In this document: positions 1-13,745 of the stretch, one piece after another | Numbering within the stretch: the stretch's first letter is position 1 | Layout: every line of letters begins with the position of its first letter | Assembly (NCBI RefSeq): GCF_009914755.1 | Contig: NC_060935.1 | Strand: one strand, 5' to 3' | DNA length: 64,000 nucleotides | Source: the human T2T-CHM13v2.0 reference genome, Homo sapiens | Program-made: the position numbers and the translations under genes | Notes under the pieces: model-generated | Database searches by the model: none | Told to the model about the DNA's origin: nothing | What the model saw: only the letters and a program-made list of their open reading frames with translations

Positions 1-110
1 AAGGGAATGAAGCATTTGCTGAAGGCAATTATGAAACAGCTATCCTGCGCTACAGTGAGGGTTTGGAGAAGCTGAAGGACATGAAAGTGCTGTACACCAA
101 CCGAGCCCAG
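1..110 (+). CDS. TTC12: TTC12 exon 1/17 in window (5'-truncated), TPR1-TPR2
   Basis: Frame from nt 3 encodes [36 protein letters not shown]; donor CAG|GTCAGT; phase 0. Confidence 0.97.
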
Positions 111-254
111 GTCAGTGAGGCAGGGATGTATCCATGGGGCTTTCTCAGGGAATAGTTGCCACTAAACTTGGGAAAACAAAGATGAGGCTAGATGTTGGGC
201 TGGGAAATGTTTATAAGAACTGGCTCTTGTTTTAAGTGTGGGAGGAGCTGACTT

Positions 255-389
255 ATACACAGCATTTACCAGTTTCCATGATGCAAATATTCTCACCATG
301 ATCTAATTTGGAATCACTGCAGGAGGACTTGGGAAGAGCTGTCCATTATCAGCTCTCTCCATAGTATAAGTCAGCTCCATCATATCACT
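255..389. mobile_element. hAT DNA transposon fragment (MER63-like)
   Basis: CCAGTTTCCATGATGCAAATATTCTCACCATG and the terminal AGCTCCATCATATCACTG resemble MER63 consensus segments. Confidence 0.4.
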
Positions 390-3061
390 GATGGTGACCA
401 TGCACTTGTCCCTGTGGATAAAGGAGAAAACTAGTGGAATGAAATGACCTATGGGACCTTAGAATTCTGCTACCAACATATTTCTTCAGCCTCCTTTTTT
501 GGTACTAGTCTTAACTCCTAGCGGATGCCCACCTGTTAGTTTCTCATTCATTGTATCAGTCTCTCTTTAAGATTCTGCGACAGGGATAAAGTGGATAGCC
601 AATGGTCCTGGAGCCAATTTCTTGGAAATTTTGGGTTTCTGAAGGTTTTTATGCATTAGTATATGTCACAAATGAGCTCAATTTCCTGGAACACCAGGTA
701 AAAACCACCCAGATGTTTATTTACTACTTAATGAAGGGATAGGCTGATAGCTCTCAACTGAAACAAAACCATCACCTGTGACCTTATCTTTGAAAAGTAG
801 TTTAGTTTTTGTGTGGTAGAGTTCTCTGCTGGACAGGCCTGAAAAATTGGCAGATTCATGGACATGATTACCCCATGGTCAGAATATGTCAGCAGGACCT
901 GTGTGAGGTGGACTTGATGCCCTGTCATTTGCAAGAGGGAGAGGCTCAGCAGAGTCCTCATCAGCTCTAATTTCCCTAACTCGAGATTAAGAATGTCTGG
1001 CTCTGGGATGTTGAGGAAGAGGACTGGAAGCAAGAAACAGGACATTCGGAAGCCGAAACATATGGGGAGTGACAGTGACTTAATGATAAATAAATCCAAG
1101 CAGTATAATCTCACTAGTTTAGCAATTTGGATATGTTAGACTAGAGTTGAAGTGTCATTTAAACTATCCCAATTTTGGAGAAAACTTGTTATAAGGAAGT
1201 GAATCGGTAAAAAAGATGGCCAGAGGTTGATTTAGCAGTACATTGCATTACCCGAACAAGATTATAAACTTTTTGAGGGCAAAAACTGCCATATACTTTT
1301 TCCCCTAATGCTTTATTTATAGCAGATGTTCAATAAATCCTTTTTTAGTTACATAACGTTAAAAGCACAATAAGTCCAATTAAGGGAGTTAAGTTTCTGT
1401 TGACAATTCAGAGGCATCACTTAAATGCAAGCAATTAATAGAATAATTATAGTTCCTTCTTATTTATTACCAAATTTGGTCTCTAAAAACATCTGCCTAC
1501 TGATGCTTATTCAGTTGTGTTACTCTGAAATTATTTGAAAGCAACAAAATTGAATTGCTTTAAAAAAGTTATATAATTTCAGACATATCTAATTCAGACT
1601 GTCTATACTCTGATTCATCTAAATTATATTTTCACTGCACTCATTTTTAAGCAGCACTTTGATTAGTTCTGAAGAATCACATTAAGAATGAATGTGGATA
1701 AATATAAGGAAATGTAATGAAAAGGTTTGAGGGAGTGATTCCTCTCAGCTTTCCCAAGGAGAAAGCTTATGCAGAGACAAAATAATGGACAATGTGCTCC
1801 CTGGTGTTACAAACCGTTTGAACCATTGACTATTTTTAAAATGCTTCCCCTGTATGCATGCAGTGTCAGAAAACACTTAATAAGGACCCTGTAAATTGAG
1901 TGTTGCTTGCTAGAGAGAAAACCTAACCTTTCATTGCTTTGTTTTTCCCCTGGAGTTAATGTTATGATCAATAGATTGCCGTTATAATTTAGATAAATCT
2001 GGAGTTTAATTGCTGTTTGGAAAAAGTAGTTCCTTTTTAAAATGTGCAAAAGCAAAAGAGATTGAGGAAGTTATAGGGTGTTTAATCCAAGCCTTAAGAG
2101 AGAAAGAAAAAAAAAAGTAAAAGGCTGTGTAGAGAAATTGTTGGAACCCATAAAGACTTCTTCAGAGTCTGCATGTATCCTAAATAATAGTGCCATGAAA
2201 TCATGGCCACAGCTGTCTAGAATGATGCCAGCTTCCTCTTCACATCCTCTAATTTTCAAATGAAACCTGAGACCCTGGAGAAAAGGATGATGCTTTACAG
2301 AACAGATAGCTCAAAGAGTCGTCTTCTCTAATTAGTACAGAACATGAGTTAATGAAAGCACCACTCGCAGCTTCCTTGCTATGGGAGCCAAGAGCGGCAT
2401 GATTTCAATTCATTTGCTGGCTGTTGCCTACTCCCTCCTCACTTGGGTTGGATACTTGGATTCCCTGTGAGTTGCAACATTGACCCCACAATTGGCTTGT
2501 CCATGTAAGTATCTCATGAGGTTCGTTGTTAAGATTGTGTTGCAGTGCCCTGGTACAGTTTTGATCATGGACAATCCTATGTGTAGTACTGGCTTTATTA
2601 TTGGTTGCTGATGGAACCCTGGAAAAGCCACCACTCCTGGTGCTTGGCTATCCTTTCGTACAAATGGGATGATCGATGCTGCCTCTCAGGGAGCTTTCCA
2701 GAAGAAGAGTGCTTCAGAGTTACTTAGTGCAATTTGATAAGACTTTATTGACCACTTACTGTGTCCAGTAATTAATAGAGAGGTTATAGTAGCCATTGTG
2801 CTTGTTTATAGTCTTTCATTTGTTTATATTCCTCTAGTCCTTAGAAACATTGAACTAAGTTCTCAATCAGTTCAGTTTGAATGGATCATGGAATTCTGAG
2901 TCAATTCTTGATTTTCAAGATTTTCCCCAATTCTAGGGGATTCTAAAAGAGTGCCCCAGGCATTTGATACTAAGGCTTCATGGTGATGCTCTGACTCTCA
3001 TATGTCACTCTACTTCTTTCATTTTTTTTTTCTGCTGTGCTCGGGAGGACAGAAGCAGAGC

Positions 3062-3745
3062 TTTATTATCTTTTGATAACAGCGTTATTGAGATATAATT
3101 CACATACCATACAGTTCACCCTTTTATAGTACACAATTTAATGGAATTTTAGTATAATCACAGAGTTGTGCAACCATCACAATCAATTTTTGAACATTTC
3201 ATCATCATCCCCCAAAAAAGCTCCATCTTCAACTGTCAACTCCCCCAATCCTCCCATTACTACTCCCAGCCCAAGATAATCACCAATCTACTTTTTGTCT
3301 CTATACCTTTGTCTGTTCTGGACATTTTATATAAATGAAATCATACATTTGTCCTTTTATGACTGGCTTCTTTCATTTATCGTAATGCTTTTAAGATTCA
3401 TCCATGTTATAGTATGTATCAACTCCTCTTCATTTCTTTTTATTGCTGAATAATTTTCCATTGTGTGGATATACCATATTTTATGTATCCCTTCATCACT
3501 GATGGACATTTGGATTGTTGCCTTTTGACTATCATGAATAATTCTGCTATGAACATTCATGTGTAAGCATTTGTATGGATGTATATTTATATTCTTCTTT
3601 GGTATATACCTAGGAGTAAAATTACTGGGTCATATGGTAACATATTTAACCTTCTGAAGAACTTCCAGGCTATCTTCCAGATGGGCTGTGCCATTTTAAT
3701 GCCCACCAGCAGTGTATGAGAGCTCTAATTATCTGTCTTTTTTAT
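3062..3745 (-). mobile_element. L1MB-type LINE 3' fragment
   Basis: TTATTGAGATATAATTCACATACCATACAGTTCACCC-type L1M 3' end; minus ORF 3357-3560 is a decayed ORF2 C-terminus. Confidence 0.85.
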
Positions 3746-3829
3746 CCCCTTTATCATTTGGTGTTTTTCTGGAACATTCACAGCAGGGTAGACTCCAGAA
3801 TCCAGCTCTTCCTTCTTGGATGTGGCTAG

Positions 3830-4273
3830 TGAGCTGGGTATTTTCTCTGTCCCTCTAGATCCTTCCCTGCTTTGTGCCCTGGAGGGCTGACCTGTGTGGA
3901 CTGGCTCCTTGGCTTCCTAGCCCTCTAGCTTCCATTTGCATTCAGCCAATAAAATGAGAAGGAAGGAGGAAAAGTGAGATTGGGGTATTTATTCTCCTGG
4001 CCTTCGGCTCTGGTGAAGGCCTCAGCTCATGTCAGGCAGTTCTTTTCGCAGAGCTGTCCTCCCACATTTTGTTCATTGCTCCCTCCTTCTGCCCCTTCCA
4101 TTACAGCAGTGGTAATGGCTGTCCACTGTTGCTAGCCCTGCGATTCTGTAGCATCCCTTGTCAGGTTCCCTAAGCCCTGCCTTCACCGTGGAAGAGGTCC
4201 CTGTATTCAACTCTCCTCAGTTGCCCAGTGCAAGTGTGCCATCTGTTTCCTGGCAGGACCATGACTGATCCAG
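3830..4273 (+). mobile_element. Old ERVL-class LTR (LTR16/LTR33/LTR41-like)
   Basis: Ends in GTGTGCCATCTGTTTCCTGGCAGGACCATGACTGAT, typical of ERVL LTR 3' ends. Confidence 0.6.
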
Positions 4274-4384
4274 GTAGGGGATAGTTCTCGCTGACATTCT
4301 ACTGTTCGAATGTTCTTTCTGTGTGAACTGAAAACTGCCTGATGCAGAATTGTGTGTGAATATCAGCTGTTGGTTTCATTACAG

Positions 4385-4444
4385 GCTTATATGAAACTTG
4401 AGGACTATGAGAAGGCACTGGTGGATTGTGAGTGGGCTCTCAAG
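4385..4444 (+). CDS. TTC12: TTC12 exon 2/17, TPR2
   Basis: ttacag|GCT...AAG|gtaaga; 60 nt; [20 protein letters not shown]. Confidence 0.97.
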
Positions 4445-4539
4445 GTAAGAGAGTATTTCTTTTCCCACATGATAGTGTTGGGCTGAAGTAGATAGAAGGC
4501 AGCTGCCAGTGTATCAAGATAGGAAAGGGTATAGCCTCT

Positions 4540-4640
4540 GTAGCCAGAGCTTCAGTTTCCTCATCTGTAGAATGGGATAGAATAGAATTGTTAGGAGGGT
4601 CACGACAATGCACAGAAAGTGCCTAGTTCCTAGAAAGCAA
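4540..4640 (+). mobile_element. MIR
   Basis: Core CTTCAGTTTCCTCATCTGTAGAATGGGAT. Confidence 0.7.
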
Positions 4641-7600
4641 TCCAGGGAGCTGCTGCTATTGAAGTTTCAATGTCTTATTTTACTTCAGCTCCTTCTTTAC
4701 TATTGTGTTATCAGACACTTGGTTCTATGTGGTAGTGGAAATGCCTCCTTCTGTCTTCTAGAGCCAGCCATTGGAGCTTATTTCTGCAATGCTGTTCTTC
4801 CTTGTCAGTTTGTGTTTTTTCCCTCCAGCCCTAGTAATTTGGAAATATAACATCCTCTATTTGTAGAGGAATAATCAGAAGAAAGAATTCCTATTTTTCA
4901 ACTTTAGTCAGGCCTTGAGCAGATAAAATAATTCTACACATGGCATTTCCTCTGAAATCTGCCAAAATAGATGGTCAAGGATGCATAGACATAAAGACTA
5001 TTGGTGGAAATGTTAAGAGTTAGTAAAAGAGAAATAATACGATCACTTTTTAGGGACATGACCAAATATTTAAGTAACCCTTAATCCACATTCCCCTAAA
5101 GTACTCTGTCACGGGGGTTTTAACTAAGTAACCAAAACTAGTGCTTCTCAGACTTCTGCACTATGCTGCTAACAGCAGAGGAGAATGAACATGAGCCCCT
5201 CGAGAGGGACTAGAAGCAGAAAGCATGAAATTTCTTTTAAGATGTGTGTTTTACCTGAAAAACCTTGTTAATTTTGCACAGCACTTCATAAAACTTATCT
5301 TTGTTTTGATATAACAGCATGATTTTCAATAACTTAGAATCAAGTAAAATTGAGGTACCAGGAGAATGTGCCAGGTTTATCCTGTGGCTTCAATTCTTGG
5401 GTACAGCACACCTACCCTAGCCTAATGAGTATGTCCCAAAACAAGAGGACACTTCCCTAGCAGCATACTGGCCATATCTGCTTTATTTCTTATTGAGAGG
5501 GTAAGCAAAGGAAACAGAGATGAATGAGAAAGTCACCTCTGCTTATAATCATTCATAAAACACTAGGGATCCTCTAACACTGACATCTGGAGTATCCAAT
5601 TTCTTTATCCCTTAGAAGATAAAATGTGTGGCAAATTTTGTCCCATTGCACAGGTATAGTCTTTAAGTTATAAGAGTTGCCCAAAGCTGATGACGTCAAG
5701 CTCCTCACAGCTCCATCATAGATCCACTAACCTGCTTTGTCGCCTTGCTTGATAATGGTTTATTTTTCTACCATTATTCTGCAGGAGAAGAGAGAGGCAA
5801 GGATGTTTTCCTTGGTTTTTCCAGTAATAACAGCAAACAACATCATTTGCTGCATGCTCACGAAATTCTATTCTGTTCTGTTCAGTGTCACTATTTTCTC
5901 TATTTTTCTGACAAGGAAATCAAGCCTCAGTGATTGATTAAGTAACTTGTGCAGGATCATGAAGCTAGTGTCTGTCTAACTCTAAGCCCTTGCTCTTAAA
6001 CCTCTATAAAGGGCCTCTCCACTGCAACTTTAAACCCCGTAATCCCTGGGTGTGGATGTCATTCCCTTCTATGGAAGAAACACGATCTCCTCACAGGTTC
6101 ACCAAGAGTATCTTTTCTGATCTGAAAAAGGCCAAAGGGGCAGACATACCATCATGCTGATTCAGGATAACACGCTGGCCTGTTCCCAAATGTTAATTGA
6201 AGTACAATGTAATTAACGGTGAAACCGAGGCCAAGCAGGCCCAATGGAGCTGACATTAAAAAACACTGACACTCAGCAGCCAATCTTGTTAAATGCCCAG
6301 CGAGGCTCCCAGTTGAAGAGATTGGGTAAACACTTGGAGAAATGAGAAAAAAAAATGTACAAAGAGTTCTAAAAACTAATAATGATTTGTTTTATGTTGC
6401 AGCTGTGAATTAAAAGAAAAGCTTTTGCTCTCTTTAAAATTAATGTATCAATAGTGAATGTCACTGGCACTCCATTACTAATAGTATTAGTACTTTCATG
6501 CCAATTTAATCTTTTTGGACACTTTTAAATTGGTAGAGACAAGCTTATGTGATGATATTTCAAGACTGATGTTTCTTGTCAAGGAAGATAAGGCAGCAAA
6601 GCTGGTTTCAATTAGGACCAGAATCATTTCTTTCTCAGCAGAACACTTCTTGCACAATGAAATACATCTTCCTCTGAAGGCAGGATTCCTTTAAAGGGAA
6701 GCTGGGGTTCACCCAAGAAAATTCTCGTGAGGGTCGACACATGATCAAAGGAGAGTGGGCCTATTCGTGAGAAAAATCCATTAGTAGCCTTTTGCGTCAT
6801 TGTCTGAGGAAGGCAAAGTCACAACTATCTGCACTTCACGGTGACACACGATAGGCTGGGGGACAAGGCTTTAATGCTTGGGGCTCGGTTTCCCCCGCCT
6901 GCTGTAACCCCGGTGCTCTGCCAGTGAATGCACTGTGAATATTTGGCTTTCATGAGCTGAAGTGCTAGAGTTTCCTCTTTTCCCTTTGACCATTCCTTTC
7001 CTGCTTCCTCAATTTTATCCTTTGTGAATTCATGAGGGGTCACCCCTCTGCTCCCCGTCTTTCGTCTCTCTACAGTTACTCCCTTACAGCTCTCTTCTCC
7101 TCTCATGGGCTCAACTCTCATCTCTGCAAAAGGCTCTCAGACCTACTTCCCCAGTCTCCCCTTCCCCAGCTCCAGGGCTGCATGTCAGCTGCCTCCTGCA
7201 GGTGCCTTTTGATAGTCTTGATGTCATCTGAAACTCAGTATGTCTAGAAGCCAACTCTTCATCTTCTCACTCAGACTTTCCCACTCCCTGCCCTAGCTGA
7301 CCTCTTTCCGTTAATGACACACCATGTCTTTCAGGTATCTAGGCCCGTGGTTTTGACTTCACATCCTCCATATCCCTTATCATTGATAGTTAGTTGATGC
7401 TGGTCAGATCTTTCTTTGACATAGCTCTGGCATCCTTTCCCTCCCACTCTCACCAGGACTTCAGATATTAGCCCTTGTTCTAAGTGATTGTTCTGGTCTC
7501 CTTACTCATCTCTCATTGTTCAGCCCACCATACCTCTTGTTCAGCCATTCCCTCCTCTGATCATGTCTGCGTGCCACCTTCCTACCAGCTTACCTCCACA

Positions 7601-7984
7601 CTGCCATTGGTGACTCACCCTCCTCCAGTGTGGCATGCAAGGCTACCATATGGTGTTGCCATTTAGCTCAAGATGGGGTCTGCTCTCCACCCTGCACCTG
7701 CCCCTCGATCCCAGCTGGACCGTCCCCGGAGCCCCCTATACTCTCCTCACTCAGGTTCTTGCCCAGCCCACTCTCCCTCCATCCTCCTCTCTTCACCTCT
7801 CTGTGTCACTAAGACTCAGCCCAGATCCCTCCTTTGCATGCCCTTTTAAAGACTGCATTTTAGAGAATATTTTCTTCCATTGATTTTTTTCAGTAGCATT
7901 TTCTGTAGCATTTATATGCTTTTTTCTGTAGCACCTTTCTGAAGGAGATTTGGTGTCATTTTTAAACCCTTGAGAGTTTAATGG

Positions 7985-8170
7985 CCAGATTTCAAATTCC
8001 AGCTCTTCTGCTTGTTATCTGTGTGACCTTGGGCCTCTCCAACCCCTAGTTTTCACATCTATAAGATAGGGATAATAACTGTATCTGCTTCATAGAGTTG
8101 TTATAAAGCTTCTGTGAGATCATCCATATGAACCATAAAGCTCAGTGCCTGGCACATGGTTTGGGCTGAA
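7985..8170 (+). mobile_element. MIR
   Basis: TTCAAATTCCAGCTCT...GTGTGACCTTGGGC...CAGTGCCTGGCACAT. Confidence 0.8.
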
Positions 8171-8979
8171 CAATCATGCACATTTATTTTTATTATGACT
8201 TCCATTCACTTAGCAGTGAATTGAGAAATGATATACACAAAAGTGTATCTCTAAAAGCTTCTCCAACAATTATTGTTCTCTCTTTTATTATTGTTGTTAT
8301 TCTTCTCTCTTTTATTATTATTGCTCTTTTATTAAATTTAGATTTTCTCTTTTGCTCCGAAATGAATTGCTGCTGATATAACTGCAGCAATAGCAGCTAA
8401 TACTCTGTTACCCAGAGCCACACCAAGTGTTTTACATAATTTCTTTCTCACAACAACCTGAGAGAGATACTATTATTGTCTTCATTTTCTAGGTCAGGAA
8501 AATGAGTGTCAGAAAAGTTAGGCGGCCTGGCCAACAACACGCCACTTCTGCTGAGTAGCAGAACAAGGATCCACCCCGGGACATTTTAGACTCCCGAGCT
8601 TGAACTCTTAACCTCTTCATATCTAAACCTTTGAAGGGCATCTGATTTGGCACAATGTCTTGCATATAAAAGAAGTTCAATAAATGTTCATCAACTGGAT
8701 GTCTTAGATTTAGCGTATGTCTCTGTCAAATCATTCCCTGTGGAGTTAGAACAACTAGGGGCAGGCAGGTGCAGGGCCTCCTGTGTAAATGGTCTAGTTT
8801 CAGCCATAAGTTTCAATCCTGCCTTTTGAAGGGGGCATCCCTACTGATCTTAAGTAATATGAACAGAAGGTCCCAGTACACATGTTGTGGTTTATTTGGG
8901 AGGAGGGACTTCCCAGGTCCAAAGATATAATGGTAACCTCAGCTGTTTTCTTAGAGTAAGTTCTCTTCTCTTCTAGTAA

Positions 8980-9152
8980 ACCAGTGACTCTCAAACTTGC
9001 CTGCACATTTACCTCACCTAGAGAGCTTAAAAAATTATTGATGCCTGGGTCTTATCCCAGAGTATAATGTAATTGACATGGGGTGCAGGGCCGGCAGGAT
9101 TTTTACAAGCATCCTAGATGATTCTAATGTTCTGCCAGTGTTAAGAGCTCTT
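8980..9152. mobile_element. MER5A-like hAT-Charlie MITE
   Basis: CAGTGACTCTCAAACTTG...GATGATTCTAATGT...GTTAAGAGC, the MER5 pattern. Confidence 0.7.
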
Positions 9153-9428
9153 CTAAACTGAGGGTTTGCTTCCTGATTGCATCTCATTAAATGGAAATGA
9201 AAACTGGCAGGTATCATTAATTAATTTGGTGAAGAGCTTGCTGCTGCATCCAGGCTCCTTGCAGGCATCAATTAGTTTGGTCACAAATGCATAAAAAAGT
9301 TTTGTCAACTCTGGTAGTTGCCCTGAGAATCAAAGTTTCGCCTTAACTCTTTTAGCTGTATAGTGAGGGGAGTGGCTAATGACTTCACATCTTCTAAAAC
9401 TTCTGATCAGTCATTCTCTTTTATGCAG

Positions 9429-9500
9429 TGTGATGAAAAATGCACAAAAGCATATTTTCACATGGGAAAAGCCAACCTGGCCCTGAAGAACTACAGTGTG
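9429..9500 (+). CDS. TTC12: TTC12 exon 3/17, TPR3
   Basis: atgcag|TGT...GTG|gtaagt; 72 nt; [24 protein letters not shown]. Confidence 0.97.
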
Positions 9501-9864
9501 GTAAGTTCTTAGAGGAATGTAATTGACATGTTTGATCACAGACTGATGCTCCCAGTTGTGCTAGAGGAGAACCATGATTCTCCAAGCTGATTAGGTATTA
9601 ATCCATCCTTTAGTATTTTCCAAGGTAAAGCTCAAGATCTTAAAGTTGGGAAGAATTTTGGGTGTCAGTTAGTTCAACTCCACCAGCTGTAGGACTCTCT
9701 TCTGCAACATCCTCTACCAGTGTTTGTTCAGTCTGTGGAGAGAAAAGACCTGAGCAAAAAGAGAAAACAAAATTTGCTGTAACCTCATCACCCAAAAGTA
9801 ACCATGCAGATCAGTCAACCTGTCTCTCTACCTATTTATCCATGCTAAGATATTATATATCGTT

Positions 9865-11465
9865 AAAAGTAGCTTTATTGAGATATAATTCACATACCAC
9901 ACAATTCATCTGTAGAATATACTAAAAACTATATGATTCAATAGTTTTTAGTATATTCACAGAGTCAGGCAGCCATCACCACAATCAATTTTAAAAAATT
10001 TTCATCCCTTCCTAGAAAAACCCCATACCCATTAGTAGTCAGTCCCCTTCCCCCAACCCCATCTCAACGTTAGGCAACCATCAGTCTTTCTGTCTCTATA
10101 CATTTGCCCGTTCTGTAGATTCCATATAGAGTCATACGATCTGTGGTCTTTTGTAACTGAGGTTGTTCACTTAGTATAATGTTTGCCTGGTACATTTTTG
10201 TTGTAGTGTGTATCAGTTCTTCATTCCTTTTTATTGCTGAATAATATTCCATTGTTTGATACCATATTTTATTTATTTATTCATCAGTTAATGGACATTT
10301 GGGTTGTTTCCACTTTTTGCCTGCTATGAATAACACTGCTATGAACATTCATGTGCAGGGTTTTCTTTTTTATGTTTACAGTCCTCTTGGGTATATATCT
10401 AGAAGTGGAATAGCAGGGCCGTATGGTAACTCTATGTTTAACCTTTTGAGGAACTACCAAACTGTTTTTGAAAATGGCTGCAGAATTTTACATTCCTACC
10501 AGTAGTGTATGAGGGTTCCAGTTTTTCCACATCCTCTTCCATACTTGTTACTTATTTTTTTATTATAGCTATTCTAGTGGGTGTGAAGTGATATGTCATT
10601 GTGGTATTTGATCTGCATTTTTTTGGTGACTAATGATGTTGAGGATCTTTTCATGTACTTGTTGGCCATTTATATATTTTCTCTGGAGAAATATCTTCTT
10701 TTATAATGAGGTGTAAATGTTATTTATATATTCTGAATACAAGTTTCTTATCAGATACATGATTTCCAAATATTTTCTTCCACTCCTTGTATTGCCTTTT
10801 CATTTTCTTGATGATGTTCTTTGCGGCACAAAAATGTTTAAGTTTGATAAAGCCTCAATTACCTATTTTTCTTTGGTTGCTTGTGATTTTGGTGTTATAT
10901 CTAAGAAAAGATCATCTAATCCAAGGTCAGGAAGATGTATACCTATATTTTCTTCTAAAAGTTTTATGGCTTTAGCTCTTAAATTTAGCTATCTCCAATC
11001 CATTTTGAGTTCATTTTTTGTATGATGTGAGGTAAGGGTTCAACTTCATTCTTTTGCCTGTAGATGTCTACTTGTCCCATTACCATTGAGTGATTTTGGC
11101 ACCCTTGTCAAAAATCAATTGACCATAAATATATGGGTTTATTTTTGGACTTACAGTTTTATTCCATTGATCTACATGTCTGTCCTTGTGCCAGTACCAC
11201 AGTGTCTTCATTTTTGTAGCTTTGTATTAAGTTGAGAAGTGAGAGCCTTCAACTTTGTTCCTCTACTTTTTCAAGATTGTTTTAACTATTCTGGTGCTCT
11301 CAAATTTCTATATGAACTTCAAGATTATCGTGTCGATTTTTGCAAAGAAACCAGGTGGAATTTTGATGGGTATTACATGAATTCATAAATCAATTTGGCA
11401 AGTACTGCTATCTAAACAATATTAAGTCCTCCTATCCATGAACATAGGATGTCTTCCCATTTATA
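9865..11465 (-). mobile_element. L1MB-type LINE, 3' ~1.6 kb
   Basis: L1M 3' end at the left; decayed ORF2 peptide MEYYSAIKRNE on the minus strand. Confidence 0.9.
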
Positions 11466-11624
11466 AGATATGTCTTTAAAATAAATTGCTTCATATTGTA
11501 CATTTTTTAAAAGTTTGTTGGACTTTAATTGTAAATGTAATACAGGCTTATTGTAATAAAGCCAAATAAAAGAAATGTGAATAAAGAAAATGTTAATCTT
11601 TCCCTGTCCACCAATTTTTATTTA

Positions 11625-12380
11625 CTCATTCAATTCATTCATTCAGCAGATATTTATTGCATGCTTTCTATGTGTCAGACACTGTTAATACAGGCAATAA
11701 AGAATACATCAGTGAAACTAGACAAAGTCCTTGGCTTCATGGAACTCATGTTCTTGGGGTAAGGGTGACCAGGAGACAAAAAACAATCAAATAGATGTGT
11801 AGTGTGTTACATGTACTATGTTAGGTAGTGGTAAGTAGTATTGAGAAAAATCAGGAAGCAGTAAAGATGAGACTGGTTTTATATAGAGGGGTAAGAAAAG
11901 GCTTTCTAAAGGAATGGAGGGAGTGAAGTGAGCAAACCATGTGGATATATAAGGGAATAAGTTCCTGGTGGAGGGATAGCTAGAATGCAGCCAGCAAGAG
12001 GAGAGCAACAGGAGATGAGGTCAAACAGGTGATAAGGGTAGAGAAGGGGCTGATCCTATAGGGCCCTACAGGCTTTTCAAAGGACTTTGGCTTTTACTTT
12101 GAGTGATCTTCAAGCTTTATTGGAGGATTTTGAGTAAAGGAATTAAATGATCTGACATATTTTAAAGGATTACTCTGACTGCCATGCCGAGCATGTGTTT
12201 TGGCATGGTAAGATAAGAACAGAGAATGAGTGATAAGGCTATTGCAATAAATATCCAAGCAAGAGGTGGTGATGGGGACCAGGTTGGTGGTGATGGAGGT
12301 GGTAAGAAGTGGTGGGATTTGGGATATTTACTGACAGTGAAGCCAACAAAAATTGTTGCTAGATTAGATCTAGGGTTGAA
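11625..12380 (-). mobile_element. L2 LINE fragment
   Basis: CATTCATTCAGCAGATATTTATTG...TGTGTCAGACACTG L2 tail followed by L2 body. Confidence 0.75.
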
Positions 12381-12532
12381 GAGAAGTTGGATACAGGGTC
12401 ACTCTGATATATAGACTTCTGTTCCTGCGACACTGTTCTCTACTTTAATGTGTTATTGTTTTCCTTCAGTTTGTTTCTTAACTCTAGTCTTCTAGATGAA
12501 CCTTGAACCTTCAAGATTATCTCAGAACTGTT

Positions 12533-12559
12533 TTGTTGTTGTTGTTGTTGTTGTTGTTT
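12533..12559. repeat. (GTT)n microsatellite
   Basis: Direct reading. Confidence 0.9.
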
Positions 12560-13233
12560 TCTGAGCGTTTTCTCTAGGTGACTAGTTAGATTATACTCTG
12601 GGCAGTTCTTATATTCTTGTGAGAAATACTGCCCTAAGCCCAGGAATCCTATGAACTAGAATCTTCCTTTTTCTGGTAACTTTCTATCTAGCAGTTTCCT
12701 CAATGAGAAGCCCTCACTCTTGAGTTTTCCAGCTGACTCTTATGTGGCCAATAAATGGATCCCTTACCGGTTCTCTTCGCAGCTTGTACATTTAACTAGG
12801 CAGTTCTCTTTTCCTGTTCCCAAGTCTCTGTCAACATTGCCTCTAGCTTCATTTATTTCCTAACTCCATATGGACATATTTGACAGCCTCCTTTCTCAGT
12901 GCAAATATCATATCTAAGTTTTGCGTTTACTTTATGATTATTTCTATCCCAGACAGACATGATCCACAAGAATTTAGGACTGGATATTTTTCATCATGAG
13001 CATCTAAAATTCTTTAAAACTAATTTTGAAATAATTCCTGTTGCCCCCTAGAACTGGAGACGCCTGAACAAAAATGTCAAATGCACATTGTGTTCCTATG
13101 CCTGTCTCCTGCACTGGGAGCAGGAGGAGGTGAGGAGAAAATAATGAAGCAGCCAAGCCCAATGAGACCCAGTGTCTTTCTCATAATCACCTTTACCCCA
13201 ACCACTCTTCAAGGTCTTGTTTCTTTTTTCCAG

Positions 13234-13294
13234 TCTAGAGAGTGTTATAAGAAGATCTTAGAAATAAACCCCAAGCTGCAAACCCAGGTGAAAG
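13234..13294 (+). CDS. TTC12: TTC12 exon 4/17
   Basis: ttccag|TCT...AAAG|gtgagc; 61 nt; SRECYKKILEINPKLQTQVK(G). Confidence 0.97.
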
Positions 13295-13745
13295 GTGAGC
13301 ACGTTCCTGCTGAGGTCCTTCATCTGAACTCCACCTCCCTCTGCCCCCTGCCTTAGAATGCCTTCCGTGCTTTCACTGCCCTTGGCCACTAGGCAGCGGC
13401 GGATCCTCTTTCCTGCACAGTTGGGTCCTCTGTGTTAACCAGCCCACTCTGCTCCTCTGTTTGCTGTGCTCCCTTGCAAATAGTAATATTTTCCTTCTTC
13501 ATTTTCTACACCATCCTCCCTTAGACACTTTTAGACTCCCTTGAATCCCCAACAAGGTTTAAGATTCTGGTTGTAGATTTAGACTGTTTCTAAAATTTTC
13601 CTTGCTAACGAAGAGTTTTAATTATTTTAATGCTTTATGCTTCTCAAACTCCCATCCTCAAAAGAAAGGAAAAAAAAAGGTTGCTTCTTGTGTGGTATTG
13701 TTGATTGTTAGGGTTTTGTTTTGCTTTCCTTTCTTGTTTTTCTAG

